This document shows positions 1 to 8,240 of a stretch of 29,340 nt of DNA, piece after piece (position 1 is the stretch's first letter; each line of letters begins with the position of its first letter). Source of the DNA: an uncultured Candidatus Saccharibacteria bacterium (GTDB taxonomy: Bacteria > Patescibacteriota > Saccharimonadia > Saccharimonadales > UBA4665); assembly GCA_964527845.1 (NCBI GenBank), contig CAZGQU010000002.1, forward strand, positions 1-29,340, in the 5' to 3' direction. Below the pieces are notes generated by a model that did no database searches, was not told the DNA's origin, and saw only the letters and a program-made list of their open reading frames with translations. Made by a program: the position numbers and the translations under genes.

Positions 1-90
1 AATTCCTATGCTTTTTATTGTTGAATCTGTTTACAGTATAGCTTGTCCCGTATGCTTCGCCAGCTGCTTTTATTCATAGGACTATGCGGG

Positions 91-1191
91 CTATTTAGCC
101 AGGTTGCTTATGTAAGTACTCAATTTTTGGCGGAAGGTTTCATCCGAGAATGCTTCGGCATGTTTGGCGACATCTGCTGCTTTGTATTTTGTAACGTCAA
201 AGTTCTGTAAGGCTTTCGCGAGCGAGTCGACTGTTTGGGCTTCAAAGAATTCGCCGGTTTTGCTGGGAATAACGTAATCGAGCGCGCCGCCTGCTTTGTA
301 TGCAATGACGGGCGTGCCAGCTGCAATTGCCTCGACGGCTGTGATGCCAAAATCATCAATGCCAGGGAAAATAAGCGCTTGCGCGCTTGCAAACTCACGC
401 TCCAAATCCTGGTCAGATATGCGTCCTAAAAACTCTACACCCGGACCAGCAAGCGAACGCAACCGTTTGTTGTCTGGACCGTTGCCGATGACCTTCAGCG
501 GCAGATTAAGTTTTGAGCAAGTTTGCACTGCGAGATCAAAGCGTTTATATGGAGTTTGGCGGCCAGAAATTAAAAAGCTCTTGCGCTCCAAGTGTTTGTT
601 CTCTTGCTTTTGGAAACGGTCAAAATACACTGGCGGGTGAATGATAACCGAATCTCGGCCATAGTATTTTTTAATCTCGGCCTGTATATGACCAGAATTG
701 GCAATTAAGTAATCAGGGCGCTGTGCGGCTTTGTAGTCCCACCGACGCAAAGGGCCCACAAGTATACGAAGGCCAATTCGTGCGAGCCAATCGAGCCGGC
801 CAAACCCGGGATGTTTTAAATATTCATCGTAACGGCTCCAGTAGTAGTGTGTCGGAGCATGGATATACGCCAGGTGTAGCGTATTAGGACCTGTCTTTAT
901 GCCTTTTGCTTCAGCACCTGAACTACTGATAACAAGGTCAAATTTATCTAATCGTAAACTGGAAAACCACCAGATTCTCAACCAGGGAATAAACTTACGA
1001 ATTTTCCCTAGGTATTGCAAGTTGCCAGTGACAACTTTGTTATCTAATCGTTTCCGCCATTCTTTTGTGCAATACGAAGTATAAATCGGAGCGTTCGGAT
1101 AAAGTTTATGTAATTGTTCTACTACCAATTCAGCGCCACCGCCGACGAGCCAATCATGTACAATTACAACTTTTAACGGACGCTTTGTCAT
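91..1191 (-). CDS. Glycosyltransferase family 4 (WbaZ/mannosyltransferase-like), 366 aa
   Basis: N-terminal VVIVHDWLVGGGAE, YKRFDLAV, and C-terminal GT-B motif DDFGITAVEAIAAGTPVIAYKAGGALD. Start abuts the upstream gene's stop (TAA-ATG at 1194-1189). Confidence 0.9.
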   Translation of the reverse strand: MTKRPLKVVIVHDWLVGGGAELVVEQLHKLYPNAPIYTSYCTKEWRKRLDNKVVTGNLQYLGKIRKFIPWLRIWWFSSLRLDKFDLVISSSGAEAKGIKTGPNTLHLAYIHAPTHYYWSRYDEYLKHPGFGRLDWLARIGLRILVGPLRRWDYKAAQRPDYLIANSGHIQAEIKKYYGRDSVIIHPPVYFDRFQKQENKHLERKSFLISGRQTPYKRFDLAVQTCSKLNLPLKVIGNGPDNKRLRSLAGPGVEFLGRISDQDLEREFASAQALIFPGIDDFGITAVEAIAAGTPVIAYKAGGALDYVIPSKTGEFFEAQTVDSLAKALQNFDVTKYKAADVAKHAEAFSDETFRQKLSTYISNLAK

Positions 1192-2616
1192 TTACTTTGC
1201 TCCGGTGCGATCGAGCACGATCCGGATGGTTTTGAAAAGAATAGTGACATCAAGCCAAAAGCTCCAGTTCTGCACGTAATAAATATCAAGCTTTCGGCGC
1301 TCATCAAACGGTATGCCCCGTCGACCCGATATTTGAGCCAGTCCGGTAAGTCCGGACTTGACACTCAGAATGGTGTGTTTCTTGGCGTAGGCGTCAAGCT
1401 CTTCTGGTACGAGTGCGCGCGGCCCTACTAGGCTGATATCGCCCTTTATGACATTAATTAACTGGGGTAATTCATCGAGGCTAGTGCTGCGCAAAAACTT
1501 CCCAAATCGGCCGAACCGTGGATCGTCTGGTAAGTAATCACCGTTATCGCGGTAGCGCTGGATGAGCTCGGGTTGCCCCATTTGCGCAAATGCTTGTTCT
1601 GGCGAAAGGCCATTGTAGGCACCGCGTGAAGTCTGAAATTTGTACAGCTTAAATTCATGATTAAATCGCGTTAGGCGGGTTTGTTTGAAAAATATTTTGC
1701 GATTCACACACAAATTAATAAGTGCAATAAGCATCATTAGCGGTGACATTATGATAAGCAAAATACCGCCGACAATAATATCGAAAATCCTTTTTACTAT
1801 TCGACCCCAGCCAAGTAGCGCGGTTTGGTGAACTGCAATAACCGGGATTGACGAACGGAACAAGTCAACGTCCAGGTTGCCAACAAATAATTCGGTGTTG
1901 CCTGGCACAAAGCGGTAGATAATGTGATGGGTTTGTGCGTACTCCAGAATCTCTTGGTTGCGTGTTTCGTCGCTATATAGTTCGGTCTGAATGATGCCAT
2001 GCAATGGTTGACTATCCACTGTTTCTAATGCCTCCTGGAATGAGCCAAAGTCGGCTGGTATTTGGCGGCGCTTATCGCCGACGACGCCGATCACTCTATA
2101 ACCTGATGTGCGACTGTCTTTTAAAAACTCTCGGAGTTCTTCGGCCCGTTCGGTATTGCCGACCAGCAGAACACTAGTAATACCTATATTGTAATGAAAT
2201 AGCATAGTGCGGACTGCGCGGGCAATGGTTCGGAATAAGAGTAGGAATAAGAAGCTTAGCACAAGCCCATACACAGGCACTAACTTAGCTGGGAAAATCG
2301 GCTCAATCGTAAAGTATTCCCAAAAAATAACAAACAGAAATCCGATAAATGAACCAATTAACAATCTGCCAGCTTCGACAAATCGCTTTTCGTAAATAGA
2401 GGTGTTATACAGCCCGAGCAGCGCAAAAATTAATATCCAAAACGGCAATAGTGTTGCGAATATGCCAATATATGTATCGGCCGACACTTGGTTTGGAAAT
2501 GGGTTATTACTAAGTGTAACGCGTAGTATGTATGCACCAGCAAAGGCCGCGAGAAGCGCTAATAAATCCCCTGCCACCAAGCAAATACTGTAGATAAATG
2601 AGATACTGTTTTTCAT
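1192..2616 (-). CDS. Polyprenyl-phosphate glycosyl-phosphotransferase (WcaJ/CpsE-like priming sugar transferase), 474 aa
   Basis: Four N-terminal TM segments, Rossmann-like VLLVGNTERAEEL region, and C-terminal DDPRFGRFGKFLRSTSLDELPQLINVIKGDISLVGPR...KSGLTGLAQISGR...LDIYYVQNWSFWLD. Confidence 0.92.
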   Translation of the reverse strand: MKNSISFIYSICLVAGDLLALLAAFAGAYILRVTLSNNPFPNQVSADTYIGIFATLLPFWILIFALLGLYNTSIYEKRFVEAGRLLIGSFIGFLFVIFWEYFTIEPIFPAKLVPVYGLVLSFLFLLLFRTIARAVRTMLFHYNIGITSVLLVGNTERAEELREFLKDSRTSGYRVIGVVGDKRRQIPADFGSFQEALETVDSQPLHGIIQTELYSDETRNQEILEYAQTHHIIYRFVPGNTELFVGNLDVDLFRSSIPVIAVHQTALLGWGRIVKRIFDIIVGGILLIIMSPLMMLIALINLCVNRKIFFKQTRLTRFNHEFKLYKFQTSRGAYNGLSPEQAFAQMGQPELIQRYRDNGDYLPDDPRFGRFGKFLRSTSLDELPQLINVIKGDISLVGPRALVPEELDAYAKKHTILSVKSGLTGLAQISGRRGIPFDERRKLDIYYVQNWSFWLDVTILFKTIRIVLDRTGAK

Positions 2617-2684
2617 TAGAGCTTATGAGGGAGTTTTAATTCTATAATGTACACGAGCTTCATATACAATAGATTGTAACATCT

Positions 2685-4019
2685 ATGACTTCAAAGTTAC
2701 CTCGTAGCACTCACCAATTTTGTCTCGCGATTATTGTGCTGATTCTGGTACTCGTGCCATTTCATGCGACTCTTACGGTTTGGTTGTCGAGTATAGTTGG
2801 CCATTACACGGCGCTTCGACTATGGAAAGAAGCGCTCCTGCTTGTACTTAGTACAGCGATAGTCTGGCTGGTGATACGAGATAAAACGTTACGTTTGAGG
2901 CTAAGAGAAAATCACTTTTACCGCACGACTTTTTATCTGGCGGGCACATATGTAGTGCTAAGCATAATGCTGGGCGGATTGGCACTTTTACGGCACGATG
3001 TGACTGCCAAAGCACTCGGCTACGGACTCATTAGCAATCTACGGTTTTTGCTATTTTTTGTACTCTGTCTAGTCATTGGAACGTATTTTGGACCATGGCT
3101 GAAACATAACTGGCAAAAGGTCGTACTTTGGCCAGCCGTTTTAGTAATTGGGTTTGGGTTGTTGCAGTTATTTGTACTGCCTGTTGATTTCTTGAAACAT
3201 CTTGGCTATAACACTGGTACCATTACGCCGTATATTGCAGTTGATCAAAAGGTGGAATATGCACGTGTACAGTCAACACTGCGGGGCCCAAACCCTCTAG
3301 GGGCCTATTTAGTGCTTATTGTGCCGGTGTTAGTCGGGTTGTTTGTTGGTCGGCGCAGCCGCTATGTGCGGATTGGCGTCATGCTCTTGGGTGCGGTAAT
3401 TGTACTCTTTGGAACATATTCTCGTAGTGCCTGGATTGGGACAATTATCGCGACTTTAATTGTGATTTGGGCACTAATCCGTTCAGTGCGACTTCGTAAA
3501 ATATTGCTAATCAGCAGTGTCAGTTTATGTATTATTGGCGCGGGCATTACGTATGGGCTACGCAATAATGATTTTGTACAAAACACCCTATTTCACACTG
3601 ATGAGACGTCGCAATCTGCCAGCAGCTCAAACGAAGACCGGGCAAACGCGATTACCGAGGGTATAAAAGATATCGTCCACCAGCCGTTTGGTAAAGGAAC
3701 GGGTACGGCTGGCCCAGCATCGGTGTACAACAATAATAATGTACGGATTGCCGAAAATTATTTTATCCAAATCGGGCAAGAAGTTGGTGTTATTGGGCTA
3801 GGTTTGTTTGTTGCAATATGCGCGGTGGTCGGCAATCAATTATGGCGTGTGAAAAATGGTGATATGCTGGCACTCGCTTTGTTCGCAAGCCTTATCGGGC
3901 TTAGTGCTGTTAATTTGCTGTCCCACGCTTGGGCGGACGACACGATAAGTTATCTCTGGTGGGGGTTGGCTGGGCTTACTATTGGTAGCACTGTCATAAA
4001 AGCTAAATCACGCACATGA
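2685..4019 (+). CDS. O-antigen ligase/Wzy_C family polytopic membrane protein, 444 aa
   Basis: About 11-12 hydrophobic segments; RVQSTLRGPNPLGAYL, TYSRSAWIG, large soluble loop, PFGKGTG, ENYFIQIGQEVGVIG. Confidence 0.8.
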   Translation: MTSKLPRSTHQFCLAIIVLILVLVPFHATLTVWLSSIVGHYTALRLWKEALLLVLSTAIVWLVIRDKTLRLRLRENHFYRTTFYLAGTYVVLSIMLGGLALLRHDVTAKALGYGLISNLRFLLFFVLCLVIGTYFGPWLKHNWQKVVLWPAVLVIGFGLLQLFVLPVDFLKHLGYNTGTITPYIAVDQKVEYARVQSTLRGPNPLGAYLVLIVPVLVGLFVGRRSRYVRIGVMLLGAVIVLFGTYSRSAWIGTIIATLIVIWALIRSVRLRKILLISSVSLCIIGAGITYGLRNNDFVQNTLFHTDETSQSASSSNEDRANAITEGIKDIVHQPFGKGTGTAGPASVYNNNNVRIAENYFIQIGQEVGVIGLGLFVAICAVVGNQLWRVKNGDMLALALFASLIGLSAVNLLSHAWADDTISYLWWGLAGLTIGSTVIKAKSRT

Positions 4020-4420
4020 CCCCCAAGCATAAACCTTTGTATATCCAATTTGCGCAGTATATGGTTGGTGGTGGATTGTGGTTCGTGTCGGGATATATTA
4101 TTTTCGCACTGTGTTATGGCGTACTAGGATGGTCATGGTGGACGGCAAAATTGTTGGCCGATATCGTTGGCTGGACGCTGAACTATCTAGTGCAGCGGTA
4201 CTGGGCGTTTGATAATCCACTGCTTGAAACCCAGGAAATTAAGGTGTCAGCGAAATATGTGCTTTTGATGATTGTGAATACGGCAGTGGACTTTGCGATT
4301 GTTGGCGGCCTGAAATGGCTTGGGTTAACGCCATTTATCGGGCTGTGGGTAGCGGCCAGTTTCTTTACGGTTTGGAACTATGTATGGTACAGATTTTGGG
4401 TTTTCAAACCCAAAAGCTAG
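4016..4420 (+). CDS. GtrA-family small flippase-like membrane protein, 134 aa
   Basis: QFAQYMVGG, LNYLVQRYWAF and WNYVWYRFWVF are the paired GtrA repeats. ATGA overlap with the upstream gene. Confidence 0.85.
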   Translation: MTPKHKPLYIQFAQYMVGGGLWFVSGYIIFALCYGVLGWSWWTAKLLADIVGWTLNYLVQRYWAFDNPLLETQEIKVSAKYVLLMIVNTAVDFAIVGGLKWLGLTPFIGLWVAASFFTVWNYVWYRFWVFKPKS

Positions 4421-4428
4421 CACCACTT

Positions 4429-4574
4429 TAGCCTGCCTGCGAGCAGAGCTCGCAGCGCCGCTAAAGTTTTTGGCGCAGGCTAGCATTTTCTGCTGCGATG
4501 CTCTCGCGGCGTACTATTTGTACGCCTCTGTCCACTTCTCGCAGAGAAATACTAGCCCGCATCCAAATGCTAGC
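4429..4574. other. Highly self-complementary intergenic element
   Basis: Pairs seen: TAGCCTGC 4429-4436/GCAGGCTA 4475-4482; CTGCGAGC 4437-4444/GCTCGCAG 4448-4455; GCTGCGA 4492-4498/TCGCGGC 4504-4510; GGCGTAC 4508-4514/GTACGCC 4520-4526; GCTAGCATTT 4479-4488/AAATGCTAGC 4565-4574. Confidence 0.55.
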
Positions 4575-4617
4575 TTTTACAGTGCAGAAATAATAGTTTA
4601 TTCGATATACTACAAAT

Positions 4618-5097
4618 ATGAACGAAAACCAAACAAAGGCAATTCGACCGAGTAAAAAACAACGAGAACTACTTACTTTTATTGAGGCGTTTATCGGCAA
4701 GCACGGCTACAGCCCGAGTTATAGGGAAATAATGGTCGGTTGTGACTATACCTCTGTCGCCACGGTGGCGCTGCATATTAACAGCTTGATAAAGCGTGGT
4801 CATTTGCGCAAACGCGACCGCAGCGCTCGTTCGCTTGAGGTTGTTAAAGAATCGGCGGATGCGGCAAAACCAACTACCAATCAAGTGCAGCCTGATGAGG
4901 AAAAATGGCTGGTTGAAAAAGTTGAACATTACTTTAAGCAGGCCGAAGCCGCTGCCGAATTGCCACCGCGTATCGTCGAAGAACTAACCGTATTAGTATC
5001 ATCACTCAGAGTGCTTGGGATGGAGGGTGCTGCCCAAAGTTTCGTGCCACGCCTCAGCACGCTGAAGGAGCGCGAAGCGGCTGAACCGACAAGCTAA
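4618..5097 (+). CDS. LexA-type winged-helix DNA-binding protein without the S24 peptidase domain, 159 aa
   Basis: PSKKQRELLTFIEAFIGKHGYSPSYREIM...SVATVALHINSLIKRGHLRKRDRSARSLEV matches the LexA N-domain. No Ala-Gly cleavage motif or Ser/Lys peptidase follows. Confidence 0.8.
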   Translation: MNENQTKAIRPSKKQRELLTFIEAFIGKHGYSPSYREIMVGCDYTSVATVALHINSLIKRGHLRKRDRSARSLEVVKESADAAKPTTNQVQPDEEKWLVEKVEHYFKQAEAAAELPPRIVEELTVLVSSLRVLGMEGAAQSFVPRLSTLKEREAAEPTS

Positions 5098-5111
5098 TTT
5101 ATAGGAGTGAT

Positions 5112-5813
5112 ATGTATCGATTTGGACGTAAGAAAAAACATAAATTACGGAAGTATACACGACTTGGTATAGCTTTAGTGGTTATCGCTGGAGTGGGGGC
5201 GATAGGTATATTTCTGTACGACATACTGTCCGAGAGCGATGAAGCTACCATAAAAACTTCGCAAACCATTACCCGCGAATTCGCACCGCCACCCACCGAG
5301 GAGAAGCTGTTTAACCAGGGTTTGTTTGAATTAAAGTTACCGCCAGATTGGGAGCTAAAAGAACATGTTACTGATCAGTTTAATCGCTACACATGGCAGG
5401 CAGCTAAGAAAAATGCCGATAACCGTTGGCTGGAAATATATGTTGATAGCTTGCCTCTAAGTACCGCGGTGAATCGTATTGTACCAGTGAGCATTGCGAA
5501 TAATGGCATTACTATTGCGGCGCCAATTTCTGAAAACTGCACGACTTTTACTGGTACACAGGGTCCGAATGAAGCGCCTGATAAAGCTGTGCCGGTTATT
5601 ACTACTAAGTGGGAGAATGTGGTATTTGATTGCGACATGGCTAACTATATCCGCAACCTTGTTGGTGTGGGTGTAGAAGGAAATGAAAAGGGGATAACAC
5701 TTACAAGTCCTACCTCTGGCCCGCACAAGTTTTTCATTATTTACACTGACCACAATTATCGGCCAGATTATCAAATCCTAGAAAGGGCGCTTACCAGTTT
5801 TACGCTAAAATAG
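5112..5813 (+). CDS. Single-pass membrane-anchored extracytoplasmic hypothetical protein, 233 aa
   Basis: AGGAG SD; basic N-terminus, one TM helix, soluble domain with two Cys (SENC, FDCD). Confidence 0.8.
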   Translation: MYRFGRKKKHKLRKYTRLGIALVVIAGVGAIGIFLYDILSESDEATIKTSQTITREFAPPPTEEKLFNQGLFELKLPPDWELKEHVTDQFNRYTWQAAKKNADNRWLEIYVDSLPLSTAVNRIVPVSIANNGITIAAPISENCTTFTGTQGPNEAPDKAVPVITTKWENVVFDCDMANYIRNLVGVGVEGNEKGITLTSPTSGPHKFFIIYTDHNYRPDYQILERALTSFTLK

Positions 5814-5859
5814 CGTACAAACGTTACCAAAATTACTATATCTAGCGTAGGTAGTTTGG

Positions 5860-5868
5860 TGCTACACT
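5860..5868 (+). promoter_or_regulatory. Extended -10 promoter element upstream of the riboswitch
   Basis: TGC-TACACT (TGn + TAnnnT) at 5860-5868 predicts a TSS near 5875, just before the aptamer. Confidence 0.5.
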
Positions 5869-5874
5869 ACGGGT

Positions 5875-6060
5875 ACTTTACAAATTATCCGGAATCAGGT
5901 GTAAGTCCTGAGCTGTGCCGCAACTGTAAGGACATGAGACAAACCTAGCGGTTTTTCTCATCGCTCGTCGGCGAAGCCGAGTTTAGCTAAAGCAAAACCG
6001 AGCTCGCTGCTCTTTTCCCTTAGGGAAGGTGAAATGTCTAAGCCAGATACGGAAATAAGT
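5875..6060 (+). ncRNA. Cobalamin (B12) riboswitch aptamer, class-I-like with long P6 extension
   Basis: GGAAT-CAGG-TGTAAGT-CCTG (T-loop P4, 5891-5910), GCTGTGCCGCAACTGTAA (P5/B12 box, 5912-5929), CGCTG...GGGAAGG (6005-6029), AGCCAGATAC (6041-6050). TTATCCG (5885-5891) pairs with CGGAAATAA (6050-6058). Spacing and order match the known consensus. Confidence 0.85.
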
Positions 6061-6131
6061 CTCCCGAGCAGGAGCGAAGGCTGTGTTAAAGCCCCTTCAC
6101 TATGCTCGTAGGTAAGAAGGGAATATTCATG
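6061..6131 (+). promoter_or_regulatory. Putative translational expression platform of the riboswitch
   Basis: Hairpin CGAGCA 6065-6070/TGCTCG 6103-6108 and GAAGG 6076-6080/CCTTC 6094-6098. CCCTTC 6093-6098 is also the exact complement of the SD GAAGGG 6116-6121. Confidence 0.55.
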
Positions 6132-7478
6132 GCCGTTGCAGCTGCAGAAACAAATACATATCTTACTAATCTCGCGCATGCAGAGTCGATCCTTGTGCCA
6201 GAAATGGCAGAAGACGAGTCGGCGCGTTGCCGAGCCGCGCGATTTATTGGTGCTTGCGCTGTAGAAAATACAGAAATACATATTGAAGCTGCAGAGACAA
6301 CTCGACCGATCGAATCTCTTTATGATGCAATCCATAAAGCAAAGGAAGGTGATAAAACAGCTCGAAATCTTGTAAGAACAAATGCGCGCACCGACGTTAT
6401 TGAGCGCACCATAAAGTCTGGACATGTTATGAAAGTTGACTTACATGTTAATGAAGCAGGCAAGATTCAACAGCATGGCCAAAGTATGGAATCTGTACAG
6501 GCAAACAGCCTACGCTTTGCAGCAAATAATTGGCAAATACGTGAACGAACCGAAGCTGAGACGACAAACTCATTCAGGATAGAACAGTTGTATCATTCAG
6601 GTACATTGGAAGAGTATAGCTTTGTAGTATTCTCTTGTGCAGCTGATAATATGAGCCACGAAGCTATGGAGCAGGCTGGGTTTTTTACTGAAACTATGAG
6701 CTGCGCCATACAAGTTACAGCAGCGGAAGAGGATAGACTTACTACAGAGACCGCATTTGTTGCAGGAATAAAGCAATCAGGTGCAGAGCGTACGGATATT
6801 GCTACAGTTATCGCAATCGCGGAAAAGCTTGGGGTTAATTTGCACGGTAAAAGTGCTACTGAAATCTTGAATACACCGCTACTTGTGCCTAATGTGCTTA
6901 TACAAAATGGCGCAATCGATATGGTAAGGCTTTGGGATGAATGCGGAGGGGATACATTCTTTGGTGAAGTCAGGGAAAAGCAGGACTATCTACAATATCG
7001 CAATCAGTGTGAAGAACGTGAACGTATGCTACAGCCCAAAGTTGAATTGATAGTCCAGGAGCTTATTAATGAAGCTCCTTTTATCAGTGATCGGGTGGAA
7101 GCAACTAAACGACTACATAAGATAAGCGGCAAACATATGGTCCAGCAAGCTATTTTTGATACTTCGATTGATTTGCGCGTGTTTGGATCAGTTTCGGCTG
7201 CTCAGATTATGGAAGCTCGTCAATATTTCGAACAAGGCGACCATGAACGTGGCCTAAATAAGATGAACGCGGCAATAAAGAATGATCAATCAAGTTCATG
7301 CCCAGGTGGTGCCTCCGGTGAATCATCGCGTACAGATAATAAAAATGCAGAAGGTGAAAATTCATGTACTTTCGTCTCTAAAAAATGCCCGCATTGTAAA
7401 CGAGAGAACGTACTCACAACAGTCACAAAAACACGAATTACTGGCAAGTGTGGTTGCTCGGTCCGTAAAAAAGCTTGA
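6129..7478 (+). CDS. Hypothetical cytoplasmic protein with C-terminal Cys cluster/Zn ribbon, 449 aa
   Basis: Long ORF (track start 6102); ATG 6129 follows SD AAGAAGGG. C-terminus SSCPGG...CTFVSKKCPHC...GKCGC. No signal peptide or TM segment; no family recognised. Confidence 0.85.
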   Translation: MAVAAAETNTYLTNLAHAESILVPEMAEDESARCRAARFIGACAVENTEIHIEAAETTRPIESLYDAIHKAKEGDKTARNLVRTNARTDVIERTIKSGHVMKVDLHVNEAGKIQQHGQSMESVQANSLRFAANNWQIRERTEAETTNSFRIEQLYHSGTLEEYSFVVFSCAADNMSHEAMEQAGFFTETMSCAIQVTAAEEDRLTTETAFVAGIKQSGAERTDIATVIAIAEKLGVNLHGKSATEILNTPLLVPNVLIQNGAIDMVRLWDECGGDTFFGEVREKQDYLQYRNQCEERERMLQPKVELIVQELINEAPFISDRVEATKRLHKISGKHMVQQAIFDTSIDLRVFGSVSAAQIMEARQYFEQGDHERGLNKMNAAIKNDQSSSCPGGASGESSRTDNKNAEGENSCTFVSKKCPHCKRENVLTTVTKTRITGKCGCSVRKKA

Positions 7479-7501
7479 GCGGCGAGCGTATAATTATTTA
7501 T

Positions 7502-8107
7502 ATGAGAATTGCACGCAAGCCGCGAGTGGGAATTTATGCTGGAACGTTTGATCCTGTACATGCTGGACACATTGGGTTTGCGCTGCAGGCACAGCAAATC
7601 GCCGAACTAGATGAAGTTTGTTTTATGCCCGAGCGTCGGTCGCGTTATAAACCGGGCAGCGAACATTATGTCCATCGGCTGGCCATGATTAGCCAGGCAA
7701 TTCGGCCCTATCCTTCATTCTCGGCGGCTGAATTTGTCGACAAACATTTTACGATTACTCGTACCTTACCTCAGATCAAGCATATTTATGAGGATTGCCG
7801 CCTAGTGATGCTGATGGGAGCTGATGTTTTTGCTGGCCTAGTTGACTGGCCAGATTTCGACCGTTTGTTACGTGAGTGTGAAGTTGTCGTGAGCGTGCGT
7901 TCGGCAAACGAACTAACGAATGCATTGCATGTCATGCAAACTCTCAGCGTGCCCTCCCAGTCTATTTCGCTGATTGATAGTACTGAACCAGATATATCTT
8001 CGACCAAAATCCGCCAGGCACTCAGATTAAATAAGCAGGAAAAGGGGCTGCTACCTAGTGTGGAGCGTTATGCCCGCCAAGAATGGCTTTATGCCAGCTT
8101 GGCTTGA
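7502..8107 (+). CDS. nadD: Nicotinate-nucleotide adenylyltransferase (NadD-like), 201 aa
   Basis: GIYAGTFDPVHAGH (HxGH), LMGAD, ISSTKIR. ATG 7502 preferred over the track's TTG 7475. Confidence 0.8.
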   Translation: MRIARKPRVGIYAGTFDPVHAGHIGFALQAQQIAELDEVCFMPERRSRYKPGSEHYVHRLAMISQAIRPYPSFSAAEFVDKHFTITRTLPQIKHIYEDCRLVMLMGADVFAGLVDWPDFDRLLRECEVVVSVRSANELTNALHVMQTLSVPSQSISLIDSTEPDISSTKIRQALRLNKQEKGLLPSVERYARQEWLYASLA

Positions 8108-8132
8108 CAAGCATAAGCAAGTTCTATATTAT
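8104..8132 (+). promoter_or_regulatory. Near-consensus sigma70 promoter
   Basis: TTGACA 8104-8109, 17-nt spacer, TATTAT 8127-8132. Confidence 0.7.
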
Positions 8133-8240
8133 TACACTTGCTGTTAGCACATAAGAAATGTTGCGAGAGACAAAAATACAATAAAAATAAAAGTCTAGAA
8201 CAAGCTTATTGTTTGTTTTAGAAAAGAGGTGCGAGGAATC

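Noticed and set aside
4394-4415. Perfect 9-bp hairpin TTTTGGGTT-TTCA-AACCCAAAA
   Set aside because: It lies within the last GtrA codons, before the stop, and has no U-tract; function is not supportable.
4380-4700. ORFs 4380-4655 (+) and 4461-4700 (-) over the structured spacer
   Set aside because: They overlap real genes, have atypical composition and no SD; the segment is better explained as non-coding.
5958-6425. 155-aa minus-strand ORF
   Set aside because: It is antisense to the riboswitch and the 449-aa gene, with no SD and no recognisable motif.
8143-8170. TTAGCAC as a possible CIRCE/HrcA operator
   Set aside because: The second half-site GAGTGCTAA at 9-nt spacing is missing.
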